Sequence record: OZ346187.1 | From: a phage | Reading direction: 5' to 3' (one strand) | DNA: 64,000 nucleotides | Shown: positions 39,401 through 46,877 of the stretch, in pieces | How the letters are laid out: every line of letters starts with the position of its first letter | Position numbering within the stretch: position 1 is the first letter of the stretch | Translations under genes and position numbers: made by a program | Notes under the pieces: model-generated | What the model saw: the letters and a program-made list of their open reading frames with translations, nothing else | Databases searched by the model: none | What the model was told of the DNA's origin: nothing

Positions 39401-39886
39401 TATTGCGTTACCGTCCCTTCTGGAGCAATCATTGTGAGAAGGAATGGTAAAGTGGCAGTGTGCGGTAACTGTAATAACGCCAAAGCTTACTCTTCTGTAG
39501 CAGGCAAGGAGATTTCCCGTAACGATGGTAAACCTATCACGTATGGGGTTATGTATGGGGCACAAAAAGATAAAGTTGCAGATATGCTGGACATCTCCCC
39601 AGAGTTGGGACAAAGGGTAATCGATGCACTCTGGGATGCCAACCCAGGTCTTAAGGGGCGCAAAGAGGATCTGGAGAAATTCTGGGAAGCAACAGGTAAG
39701 AAGTTTATCTACTCTTTTGATGGTCATGCTATCTGGACCCGATCTAAACACTCTTTACTTAATGCATACCAACAAAATGGCGGTGCATCGTTGTGTGACT
39801 TAGTTGGAATACTCATGCACCACCAGATGGTGAAGCGTGGGTGGTACGATGAAGGTGTTCGTCGTATTATTTATTACCATAAATAA
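36488..39886 (+). CDS. family A (Pol I/T7-like) DNA polymerase with 3'-5' exonuclease domain, interrupted by an intein (1132 aa)
   Basis: Exo I-like NFDFEASGL at the N-terminus; motif A-like IDGSNLEQL followed by GDAH; motif B-like RNDGKPITYGVMYG after the insertion. Confidence 0.85.
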   Translation: MSMWNFDFEASGLLDEEDLYYHCGLFKELNKNNFMLFLPINDRSHYSEEEVEKAKQFMLAKQDIYPSCSVRIADFSQLEWWLTGNSDWSPTSLSCHNCFSYDFILMEKLSGIHFDMFRDPKCMGTINNHQVNLFDTLPMSRILWPDRPLPKGCPDSVYNPVTKRMQQVGPHGLMAWGYALGNQKVKIDDWRNLPLWKYVDRVFEDVIIQELLWKELVAESKGVFYGKSDMQNFMYDPAKEKPKGFKKITWKNALRRGMLQHFLMELQARQGVYFDIDGAIALRDRCDAWMKEIADRVEPQLPLKELSMSQRPKFPEKPFNQDGTISNNGWKWLKDKLGYPVDMSALEFKAPPKRAFTSTGDVSKMGIKWCEEMGCKDPDKMADFLRGYIKGTSTPQPLPKELMDQAISDLQQKRMPDCKIPMKISNQDDIKRYLISAGWLPTMWRTKDVTKDSKKKALPDADVDARVYAYMDELLESEYCDLIINFWNKTDAKFQTTVHKFRSFPNSERIKKEVFGKIRRKARALITSPQLKDTFGHLCPNLEKLNGEMAKDIVLWLSLRNRRSVLDPIKEDKVDTGLLNHPRLKIDHKLPAKSSGLTNTSRQKHSICANMPKPSPKVVMGKEMRSLWGVPPGYFEIGIDGSNLEQLIGAWGAFEFDNGLYYDVVSNGDAHCYSGDTQILTEKGWVRFEDLDPGTQVFQYDHNTSSMNLVTPLNYVKRSYCGDMYHFHNSSVDFMVTDQHRMLTVDHRSNKLFEDLAKDLKAGKGSNSGRRFIHAAEFYGNTTLSPAQVNLLIAIHDDGHLHTNKDGSIVCRIQVGKGRKVATLLDTFSALSLSYVEQSGKTTKGGLLARRFQFHVPSWVFEFLDNNKDFTYNLMNLDKESKNLFIASLSNWDGWVSSEGGKVAYYSQAECRKKSVEVVSALATQCGLRNNTVAIHKKGRAVQHRITIGSKQRAGLLTLSKESVEVSGSLVYCVTVPSGAIIVRRNGKVAVCGNCNNAKAYSSVAGKEISRNDGKPITYGVMYGAQKDKVADMLDISPELGQRVIDALWDANPGLKGRKEDLEKFWEATGKKFIYSFDGHAIWTRSKHSLLNAYQQNGGASLCDLVGILMHHQMVKRGWYDEGVRRIIYYHK
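38501..39469 (+). mobile_element. intein with LAGLIDADG-like homing endonuclease domain inserted in the DNA polymerase (323 aa)
   Basis: In-frame insertion between GDAH and motif B; starts CYSGDTQILTEKG (Hint block A), ends ...VYCVTVPSGAIIVRRNGKVAVCGN then Cys +1; internal LLIAIHDDGH and FIASLSNWDGW resemble LAGLIDADG motifs. Confidence 0.65.
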
Positions 39887-40153
39887 CATTGTGGCTTCAT
39901 AGAGTAATCTATGTCGAATAACCTCTTTAACTGCGGGAAGCCTAAACCTTATGGCAAGGTAATCCGCAACGAAGCGCTCAAAAGAGCGAACGCTCAGAGG
40001 CCATTCCGAAAGGAAGTAGACCAGCAAGTGCGGTCGAAATGGGAGGATTCCTGTGGTTGCTTATCATAGGAATATGAGATGGTCCGATCCTACGTGAAAA
40101 CGTATGGCTATGCACGTAATGGTGCGGGGTAGCTTAACGACCTACCTGAACTA

Positions 40154-40510
40154 TTGGATGAGTACCAACTTCAAGTGCCTGACACACCGAAGTATAAGAC
40201 TGTGTACACCTTCGACACAATTGAAGAACTGGAAGCATTTAAGGCAGAGCAGGAAGCCAAACTTCATGTGTTCGACGGTCATAAGTACAAAAAGGCACGC
40301 AAGGATGAGGACGGAAACGAAGTGGTTGACAGAGACGGAAACACGGTGTACGATCCTATCCTGAACGATGACGGAAAGCTTGAACTTATCTGGAGCCCTG
40401 TGGGTGAAATGGTGGTACATTGCTTCTGGCAAGCTTCTAAAATGATGGGAGTCCCGTTCCAGATCACAGGTGAATACTTGTGTGGTCGTAATTGGGGTGA
40501 TTGTCACTAA
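40154..40510 (+). CDS. hypothetical protein (118 aa)
   Basis: ORF with TTG start in track; start uncertain. Confidence 0.35.
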   Translation: MDEYQLQVPDTPKYKTVYTFDTIEELEAFKAEQEAKLHVFDGHKYKKARKDEDGNEVVDRDGNTVYDPILNDDGKLELIWSPVGEMVVHCFWQASKMMGVPFQITGEYLCGRNWGDCH

Positions 40511-40559
40511 TGTAAACTATCAACACATGGAAGTGTTGTTGAGCAAAGAGGAGACTTTT

Positions 40560-40844
40560 ATGGTAGTAGAACCAACAAAAACATTTACATCCATGACTAT
40601 CCCTGTTATTATGCAGGTGGAGTGTGTTCAGGTATCTCAAGTGTGGCCTGGCACCAAAATCCCAACAGGGCCTGATTTCTTTCAGGTTGGGAAAGTGTAC
40701 AATGTCTGGAAGGCACCAGATTGTTACCCTTTCATTAAAGATGACCGTGGGATGCTGTGGTATCTTGGAAATGACTTGACACTGCACCTTGGGAATGCTA
40801 TTATTGCAGTATTCAGACTTAACAAGAAGGAGACCGATCAATGA
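40560..40844 (+). CDS. small early protein, triplicated family member 1 (94 aa)
   Basis: ATG at 40560 after AGAGGAG; shares G-K-x-Y...KDD-x-G-x-x-W-Y pattern with the next two ORFs. Confidence 0.45.
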   Translation: MVVEPTKTFTSMTIPVIMQVECVQVSQVWPGTKIPTGPDFFQVGKVYNVWKAPDCYPFIKDDRGMLWYLGNDLTLHLGNAIIAVFRLNKKETDQ

Positions 40845-41068
40845 CGACTTTGGTTAAAGCCACCTTTGTAGAAGAAAAGATGACAGACATGTCATTCTTT
40901 AAAGAAGGAAAGACCTACGAGGTTTATTCCGATAAAGCTCGTGCAAACAAAATGATTAAAGACGAGGAAGGGGTTGACTGGTATATCTCTCACCTGGCAA
41001 ACGGTGAGTATCATATCTACGGAACCACTTTGCTTGCCAAGTTTGTAGTTGTTGAAGAGGACCTATGA
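40841..41068 (+). CDS. small early protein, triplicated family member 2 (75 aa)
   Basis: AAGGAGA RBS; family pattern GKTYEVYSD...KDEEGVDWYISH. Confidence 0.45.
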   Translation: MTTLVKATFVEEKMTDMSFFKEGKTYEVYSDKARANKMIKDEEGVDWYISHLANGEYHIYGTTLLAKFVVVEEDL

Positions 41069-41259
41069 AAGTAAAGTATCTTGCTGAAGGTATGAATAGG
41101 TATTTTACCCTTGGTGAAGAATATTGGCCCTTTACAAACAACGGCGATGTCTACGTGAAAGATAATTTCGGCACGCCGTGGTTTCTGCACTCTAATGGGC
41201 TGGGATACTCCATTTACTGCGGTGCAGTGAACAACACAACTCTTGCAGAGTTCGTTTAG
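41065..41259 (+). CDS. small early protein, triplicated family member 3 (64 aa)
   Basis: ATG overlapping upstream stop; GEEYWPF...KDNFGTPWFLHS. Confidence 0.45.
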   Translation: MKVKYLAEGMNRYFTLGEEYWPFTNNGDVYVKDNFGTPWFLHSNGLGYSIYCGAVNNTTLAEFV

Positions 41260-41269
41260 AGGAGGTAGG

Positions 41270-41641
41270 ATGTTAGTAAAAGGTACCCACACAGTCAAAC
41301 AACGTATTGAAGTTGAGATTGATGATTGTGAGCTGAAGCATATTTTACGGTCATGCTCCAACGTTTTGCTCCTTAGTATTCTTCAGGAGCGAGCGGAGAA
41401 CGAGTTCTTAAATGCATTGGCAGGCCGTCCCGGTGACTTCTGTGTGCGTAAGCGTGGTGACAACAAGTCGTGGTTGTGGGAGATCGATGCCGACTGGGAT
41501 TACCACAAAAATGAGGGTATAGATGAGCCTATTCGTGAACTGACGGACAAAGAGATTCAGATGTACAATGAAGTTTGTCATTGGGCAACACGCCAACAAA
41601 TTTACCTAGACCCTGTGTGGCTGATTGAAAATAGTCGTTGA
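41270..41641 (+). CDS. hypothetical protein (123 aa)
   Basis: ATG at 41270 after GAGGAGG (track start 41243). Confidence 0.45.
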   Translation: MLVKGTHTVKQRIEVEIDDCELKHILRSCSNVLLLSILQERAENEFLNALAGRPGDFCVRKRGDNKSWLWEIDADWDYHKNEGIDEPIRELTDKEIQMYNEVCHWATRQQIYLDPVWLIENSR

Positions 41642-41666
41642 CAAGAAGTAAGGTTAGATGTAAGAT
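41638..41666 (+). promoter_or_regulatory. sigma70-like promoter (TTGACA-17-TAAGAT)
   Basis: -35 overlaps the upstream TGA stop; upstream of 41718. Confidence 0.4.
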
Positions 41667-41717
41667 ACTCCTCACAAACAGAGTATTGATTGTTAAATAA
41701 TTAAGGAGACCTCTAAG

Positions 41718-41945
41718 ATGAAAATCATGTTGAAACCAGAATGCGTTGCAAACGACCGAGCTTTTAAAGATTGCACACTTGGCGCTACTTATGAAGCAGA
41801 GTTTTGTGAGAACCCTTTGGTAAAAGCCCTTTTGGAAGAAGTACTTTATCACAAGAAGAGCTTGATGAGCTGGAAAACTCAGCACAGTGCCTTACCTTTA
41901 AAGATGATGAAGGAGACTCTGTCTGGTGCACTGTTAACGAAGTAG
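41718..41945 (+). CDS. small early protein, KP...AF(K/R)DCT family, copy 1 (75 aa)
   Basis: AAGGAGA RBS; MLKPECVANDRAFKDCTLGATYEA parallels ORF 42032-42292. Confidence 0.45.
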   Translation: MKIMLKPECVANDRAFKDCTLGATYEAEFCENPLVKALLEEVLYHKKSLMSWKTQHSALPLKMMKETLSGALLTK

Positions 41946-41971
41946 TTTTTGTAAAAACTGAACATTAATAC

Positions 41972-42000
41972 TTGACAACAGCGATAGGACCTAATACAAT
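41972..42000 (+). promoter_or_regulatory. sigma70 consensus-like promoter (TTGACA-17-TACAAT) with palindrome over the -10
   Basis: -35 41972-41977, -10 41995-42000; inverted repeat ataggacc/ggtcctat (41984-42008) brackets the -10. Confidence 0.5.
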
Positions 42001-42031
42001 GGTCCTATCAAAACGAAAGGGGACCACAGCA

Positions 42032-42292
42032 ATGACCAAACAATATCAACGAATTAAAGCCAAGGTTAAGCCAGACTATCTAGAGAAGGACTCTGCTTTT
42101 CGGGACTGCACAGCTGACAAAGTTTACACAGGGGCCGTCCTGTTGAACGATAAACTTGAAGTAGATGTGCTGGGTAAAGAGGCCGTTATCGAGGATGACA
42201 ACGGTGACTGTGTTTTCTGCACCACACGAGAGCTAGAAGTCTTAGAATATTTCGGTGAAATCTTCAACTCCTTAGACGACGAGGAAGCGTGA
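42032..42292 (+). CDS. small early protein, KP...AF(K/R)DCT family, copy 2 (86 aa)
   Basis: ATG at 42032 after AAAGGGGA (track TTG 41972 lies inside the promoter); KVKPDYLEKDSAFRDCTADKVYTG. Confidence 0.45.
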   Translation: MTKQYQRIKAKVKPDYLEKDSAFRDCTADKVYTGAVLLNDKLEVDVLGKEAVIEDDNGDCVFCTTRELEVLEYFGEIFNSLDDEEA

Positions 42293-42681
42293 TGAAAAAT
42301 ATTTGGGATATCGATATCTTTGAAGCCTCTAAGCTTGACGGTGCTGATGGAGTGATTATGGTGTCTGATGGCAAGGCAACACTAACTTCCGGAGATATCA
42401 TCTATGCCTTGGACGAGCTGGCGCTTCTGAAATCTACCGGTAACACTTTGGAGGAGCGTCTTCAAGGATTCGCTTTCAAAGAAGGTACAAATACAGCCAT
42501 GATGTGCACCACACGGACAGTTCAGGTTGGTAACGGTGTCTATATGATTATTGCTGTGTGTCCTAAATTCAGCAACGTCAACAAAGATGATGCTGACGCG
42601 GTCAACGATGTGGTTGTTCTCTTCGTGGGTGACGCTATGGCAGATCTGATGAATGCAGGAGAAGCAGCAAATGAAGACTGA
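42292..42681 (+). CDS. hypothetical protein (129 aa)
   Basis: ATG at 42292 (track GTG 42289). Confidence 0.45.
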   Translation: MKNIWDIDIFEASKLDGADGVIMVSDGKATLTSGDIIYALDELALLKSTGNTLEERLQGFAFKEGTNTAMMCTTRTVQVGNGVYMIIAVCPKFSNVNKDDADAVNDVVVLFVGDAMADLMNAGEAANED

Positions 42682-42973
42682 AAACATCACCCCAGCAGGG
42701 TTCTTAAAAGTATACCGTGAACTGCTATATACTACAGAGGACAGTGTTCTAGAGTATCCAGAATATCTTTTGCTGTATAAGTATCTGCAGGAGGCTGGTG
42801 AAAATCTGCCAGTTAGTGCAGAAGGTGGTCCAAACTGGATATACAGCGCATGGAGAAAGGTTGACATTCTCCCAGACCCAGGTAAAGATATGGTAGTTTG
42901 GCAGCTTATCAACAACATCGGGATTCCAATCTTTGATGAAGCTGTTAAAATCTATTTTGAACTTGACGATTAA
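42674..42973 (+). CDS. hypothetical protein (99 aa)
   Basis: ATG at 42674 (track start 42653). Confidence 0.4.
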   Translation, partial: KTENITPAGFLKVYRELLYTTEDSVLEYPEYLLLYKYLQEAGENLPVSAEGGPNWIYSAWRKVDILPDPGKDMVVWQLINNIGIPIFDEAVKIYFELDD

Positions 42974-42990
42974 TATCAGGAGACCTTAAG

Positions 42991-43236
42991 ATGACTGAAG
43001 CAGTTGCTCGCGCAGGACAGAAAGTACGTTGTGTTGAAGTAGGTTTTGGTGGCAAAGGGTGTCAAAACTTGACTCAAGGCAAGGAATATGCTGTTATCTC
43101 TGGTGGTGGCGACGAAAGTATTGTGTTCGAGGGCCACATCCTGGATGCTGAAAACTTTGAAATCTTTGACGACGATGGGGATCCGATCACCTGCCTGCTG
43201 GACGGGAATTGGGGAACTTTCGAAGTGATTGGCTAA
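42991..43236 (+). CDS. small acidic protein (81 aa)
   Basis: AGGAGA RBS. Confidence 0.45.
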   Translation: MTEAVARAGQKVRCVEVGFGGKGCQNLTQGKEYAVISGGGDESIVFEGHILDAENFEIFDDDGDPITCLLDGNWGTFEVIG

Positions 43237-43246
43237 CAAATACCTA

Positions 43247-43275
43247 TTGTAATTTACAGAAGGGGATGCTAAAAT
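43247..43275 (+). promoter_or_regulatory. sigma70-like promoter (TTGTAA-17-TAAAAT)
   Basis: Hexamers with 17-nt spacer upstream of 43320. Confidence 0.35.
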
Positions 43276-43319
43276 AGTGTCTCCTTCTATGTTGTTCAAA
43301 TAAAATCGGAGATTCCATA

Positions 43320-43688
43320 ATGGAACAAATGAACGATCAAGAGTCGGTTGCGATGAACGAGCAAGAACAACCTCAAGAATTTTTCTTAGGGTTAAGTAAA
43401 GATCAAGTGTCTCTTTTGCTAGTGCTTTCTTCTTTCATGGGAAGACTTCAGGAGCTCACACAACAACCGGAGGCTGAACAATTATTTCAGGCTCTGCGTG
43501 AAGAAGAAAAATATCGTCGTTTGGACTATGCCTTAGGTTGGGTAGCTCAACAACGAGATATGCTGATGGCCCTCTCTGGGACCACAAGTTTTGCAATGGG
43601 CCTGTTGGCTCAAGTTCAGGACAAATTAATTCAAGCAGGGTTTGCACACACGGCAAACACTAACGAAGAACAAGGAGACAAAGAATGA
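43320..43688 (+). CDS. hypothetical protein (122 aa)
   Basis: ORF with RBS, Gln/Glu-rich. Confidence 0.45.
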   Translation: MEQMNDQESVAMNEQEQPQEFFLGLSKDQVSLLLVLSSFMGRLQELTQQPEAEQLFQALREEEKYRRLDYALGWVAQQRDMLMALSGTTSFAMGLLAQVQDKLIQAGFAHTANTNEEQGDKE

Positions 43689-44911
43689 GCGTTATTCAAC
43701 AATTCGCTAACCCGATGAATCCGCGTGAAACTGTTTTACTGGCTCACGGCATGATTAAACGCGTCAGCATCAAGCCTATCAAAGGTGCTGATCCTACAAC
43801 AGGTATTAAAACCACTGTGTGGCAAGGTAAGAAAATTGAATCCAGCCACACCATCTCTTTACTGATTTCTGAACTGGATTCCTCTGATAACCTACTTCAA
43901 GGTGGTGAAGAAGTTTGGATCAGTATGGGCGATAAGCTGCTTAAACCGGGTCATCAAGACTCTGTCTCTGTTAAAATTGATGACAAGTGGGAAACCGTAA
44001 CGCCAGGATGGATCGTAAATATCCCTTTGAAGGCAAACGAGCATAACGGTAAGACCTACTACAAAGGCTCACTGGCTAAGATGGTTAAGCTGGGTGCAGG
44101 AGAGGCTCCAGCAGCGACTCAGCAGCAAAAACAGCAACAAGGTGCACAATCACAAGGCCAGAAGCAGAAACCTCAGCAGAATGCCAATCAGGACGTTTTA
44201 CGCATCTATGGTGATGTGACTCAGATTGTTGGCAACGTGGTTACTGTAAATGACCACAAGATTGGCGAAGGTGCTATGGTTGTAACTGATGAGCAGCTTA
44301 AAGACCTGGTGGTAGGTGGTCGTGTTGCAGCCATTGTTGACAAAGACACTGGAAACATTATCAGTGGTTTCAAGGCCTATCCTCCTAAGGCAGAGAACGG
44401 CACTCAAGGCTCCGGTGGCAAGCGTAAATCCTCTTACGACCCTATCGGTGTGGAAACGGGGCATAGCATCAATGCGTTGCAGATCATCCTGGATCGCGGG
44501 TTTAAGGTAGACGACCCACTGGGCGTGGCTAAAACACTGCACGTAGTCACCATTGAGCTTAAGAAAGAGTATGCTCAAGCCACCAACCGAACTGAAGATG
44601 AAGTAGGTGCCAGTGTCGGTAATGCGGTGTTGAACGCTTGTCGCCGTATTGACAAGAAAACGAAAGTTGATGATTTTGCAGCGGCAATTACTGCAGAAGC
44701 AAAAGATGTCTTGACTAATCTGGCTGAGCCGTTGTACGATTGGATCAAGAACGGTGCTGGGTCAACTGACCATCAAGAACCTCAGGCTGCCAAACAGGAA
44801 GCAGCTCCACAGCAAAACACTGTAGACGCTCCTCCTGTAAATGATGGGGAAGATGACCCGATGGATCAGAATCCAGCACAGTACGCCTTTGATGATGACA
44901 TCCCTTTTTAA
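43685..44911 (+). CDS. ssDNA-binding-protein-like protein with SSB-type C-terminal tip (408 aa)
   Basis: Ends in DDDIPF, identical to the bacterial SSB C-terminal tip, after a Gln/Ala-rich linker; N-terminal fold not assigned. Confidence 0.5.
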   Translation: MSVIQQFANPMNPRETVLLAHGMIKRVSIKPIKGADPTTGIKTTVWQGKKIESSHTISLLISELDSSDNLLQGGEEVWISMGDKLLKPGHQDSVSVKIDDKWETVTPGWIVNIPLKANEHNGKTYYKGSLAKMVKLGAGEAPAATQQQKQQQGAQSQGQKQKPQQNANQDVLRIYGDVTQIVGNVVTVNDHKIGEGAMVVTDEQLKDLVVGGRVAAIVDKDTGNIISGFKAYPPKAENGTQGSGGKRKSSYDPIGVETGHSINALQIILDRGFKVDDPLGVAKTLHVVTIELKKEYAQATNRTEDEVGASVGNAVLNACRRIDKKTKVDDFAAAITAEAKDVLTNLAEPLYDWIKNGAGSTDHQEPQAAKQEAAPQQNTVDAPPVNDGEDDPMDQNPAQYAFDDDIPF

Positions 44912-44927
44912 CAATTAGTTAACATAG

Positions 44928-44955
44928 CCCTGCCCGAAAGGGTGGGGCATTTTTG
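44928..44955 (+). terminator. rho-independent terminator, GAAA-tetraloop hairpin (second copy)
   Basis: ccctgccc-gaaa-gggtgggg then cattttt; same core as 33548. Confidence 0.6.
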
Positions 44956-44973
44956 TATAAGGAGATCTGAAAA

Positions 44974-45390
44974 ATGACATTAGAAGATATCATTGTTAAA
45001 CCTGAGAACTATGACCAATACAACCTGTCAACTCAATCTGTAGACCTTGGATGCGCCACAGTTAGTGCGTGGCTGGTTAATGGAAAAGAGCTGGACAAGT
45101 GCTTAGAAGCTCACATGTCTGTTAACAAGTTTCTGGATGAAAATACTCACTGGCTTGAGGGTGCTGGAGTATATGCTTCATGGTTGGAGAGCATGGGCTT
45201 TGACTATCAATCTGATGAAGGGTGGTGGAGCTATCTGGCTATCTGTCCAGAAACACTGCAATGCTTCATGAAATACTCTGAAGATCTTGAGTACCGAGCG
45301 GTGGTTGATAGTGCTATTGCCCGTTATAGCCGTAAACCTTTTTCCCATGACATTAAAACTGTGGAAGAATTTGTTGAAGTTTTCTGTTGA
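44974..45390 (+). CDS. hypothetical protein (138 aa)
   Basis: AAGGAGA RBS. Confidence 0.45.
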   Translation: MTLEDIIVKPENYDQYNLSTQSVDLGCATVSAWLVNGKELDKCLEAHMSVNKFLDENTHWLEGAGVYASWLESMGFDYQSDEGWWSYLAICPETLQCFMKYSEDLEYRAVVDSAIARYSRKPFSHDIKTVEEFVEVFC

Positions 45391-45486
45391 CACAGGTTGA
45401 AAGGTGTGCAATTATAACTTCATAAAACGGGAGGACGCGATGAACGAAGAAAACTGGGATGTATAACTAACAGGAGACCACTGCCC

Positions 45487-45684
45487 ATGATTTATCGAAT
45501 CCGTGTAAGAGAAGATGCACCAGGCTGTTACTTTGACTGGCGTGGGTGGTGGTTTCTCCACCCAATGGATGGACTCACAGATAGAATGCTGGATGCTGCC
45601 CTTTATACAGATACCGACATAGAATATAATCTCTATCTGAAGGACGGTATAGATAACGGTCTATTTGAAGCAATTCCTGTGTAA
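45487..45684 (+). CDS. hypothetical protein (65 aa)
   Basis: AGGAGA RBS. Confidence 0.4.
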   Translation: MIYRIRVREDAPGCYFDWRGWWFLHPMDGLTDRMLDAALYTDTDIEYNLYLKDGIDNGLFEAIPV

Positions 45685-45752
45685 GAGACTGTGATAGCCA
45701 TGTTTTATGATCTTCCTGTAGCACCACCACCTGTTGAACCTGGAGAACTAAG

Positions 45753-46172
45753 ATGATCTATGAAATGCCAAAACTGATTCGTGACGATGCCCAAAACCAC
45801 ACCATTATTATGGGTAAACGCATGAATATCCTTTGCCGTAACGATTTCTGTGGTGTAGAATACGTTGCAGACTACTTCGGTGAGAATGGTAAACACCCTG
45901 TTCAGTTCTTCCTTGACCATGAGGATAACATTATCTGGGAGTTTGAAACTGAAGATATCCGCAACCTCTTCATCTTCCTCGGTGTCAAGGTTAAGGCCAA
46001 TTTCGCGGAAGGTGAGTGCGACGATTGTGGATTTTATGAGGTGACAGACTTCTATCTCCCGAGTGGCAAGAACATTTACTATGAGAGTCACTTCGGAAAC
46101 ACCAACATGCCTCAAAGCTGGGAAGAATTTTTCAGTATCGTAGAAGAGGAGCTGGCATACCGTGATTATTGA
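45753..46172 (+). CDS. hypothetical Cys-containing protein (139 aa)
   Basis: ORF with RBS. Confidence 0.45.
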   Translation: MIYEMPKLIRDDAQNHTIIMGKRMNILCRNDFCGVEYVADYFGENGKHPVQFFLDHEDNIIWEFETEDIRNLFIFLGVKVKANFAEGECDDCGFYEVTDFYLPSGKNIYYESHFGNTNMPQSWEEFFSIVEEELAYRDY

Positions 46173-46620
46173 TACTGTAAAGGGAGATTTAATCTCCCTT
46201 TTTAAGAGCGGTGCTGGTCACCTAATCCACGGTTGTAACTGCTTCCACACAATGGGTAAGGGCATAGCAAAACAGATTGCCCGTGAGTTTCCTCAAGCAT
46301 TGTCAGCCGACAAAGAGACCAGACACGGTTGCCTAAGTAAACTGGGTGCGTTCTCCCGATGGGAGCACTTATCTCCGAGAGGTATTGTCTACGGAATCAA
46401 TCTGTATACTCAGTTCTACCCAGGGCCTAATGCTGAATATTTCTCAATCCTGAAAGGCTTTGAGCTAGTCAATGAGGTATTCGAGGGATCGACTTTACCA
46501 TTCTACATCCCTAAGATCGGATGCGGCATAGGCGGTTTGAAGTGGGAGCACGTAGAGGACGTTATTAACCTCGCCACTTTTGATATAGATATTATCGTGG
46601 TGGAGTACAAAGAGTGTTGA
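46162..46620 (+). CDS. macrodomain protein of the DarG/TARG1 type (152 aa)
   Basis: N-terminal GDL...AGHLIHGCNCFHTMGKGIAKQIAREFP matches the GNLL...NTVN..GVMGKGIA...FP signature of TARG1/DarG-type ADP-ribose-processing macrodomains; GTG start. Confidence 0.55.
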   Translation: MIIDTVKGDLISLFKSGAGHLIHGCNCFHTMGKGIAKQIAREFPQALSADKETRHGCLSKLGAFSRWEHLSPRGIVYGINLYTQFYPGPNAEYFSILKGFELVNEVFEGSTLPFYIPKIGCGIGGLKWEHVEDVINLATFDIDIIVVEYKEC

Positions 46621-46645
46621 CAGCTGACTTTTGAGATGGTATAGT
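46617..46645 (+). promoter_or_regulatory. sigma70-like promoter (TTGACA-17-TATAGT)
   Basis: -35 overlaps upstream TGA stop; upstream of 46677. Confidence 0.45.
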
Positions 46646-46676
46646 CACCACAACGATTGAGAGAGGGAGCACCACT

Positions 46677-46877
46677 ATGGAGACTAAAATCTTAATTCTG
46701 GCTGTGATAGATACGACCGAAGGGGCCGTGTTCGAATCTGCAGGAGGGTATTTCTACCTGCCCTACGGAAAAATAACTTCCGAACCGAGTAAAGATTCAA
46801 TCCTTAAAGTGTTCCCTTGTGCTTTCTGGCTGGAGATTCTGGTAGAAGATTGCAGAGGATTGGGGAGAGAATTATGA
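46677..46877 (+). CDS. hypothetical protein (66 aa)
   Basis: GAGAGGGAG RBS. Confidence 0.4.
   Translation: METKILILAVIDTTEGAVFESAGGYFYLPYGKITSEPSKDSILKVFPCAFWLEILVEDCRGLGREL

Noticed and set aside
38501-39469. Alternative reading of the polymerase insertion as a free-standing homing endonuclease gene splitting the polymerase into two genes
   Set aside because: The insertion is in-frame with no stop codons and has Hint-type termini (Cys1, terminal Asn, Cys +1), so an intein is more parsimonious.
46700-46760. tRNA suggested by a GTTCGAATC T-loop-like string
   Set aside because: Flanking bases cannot form a T-stem or acceptor stem, and the segment lies inside a well-supported small CDS.
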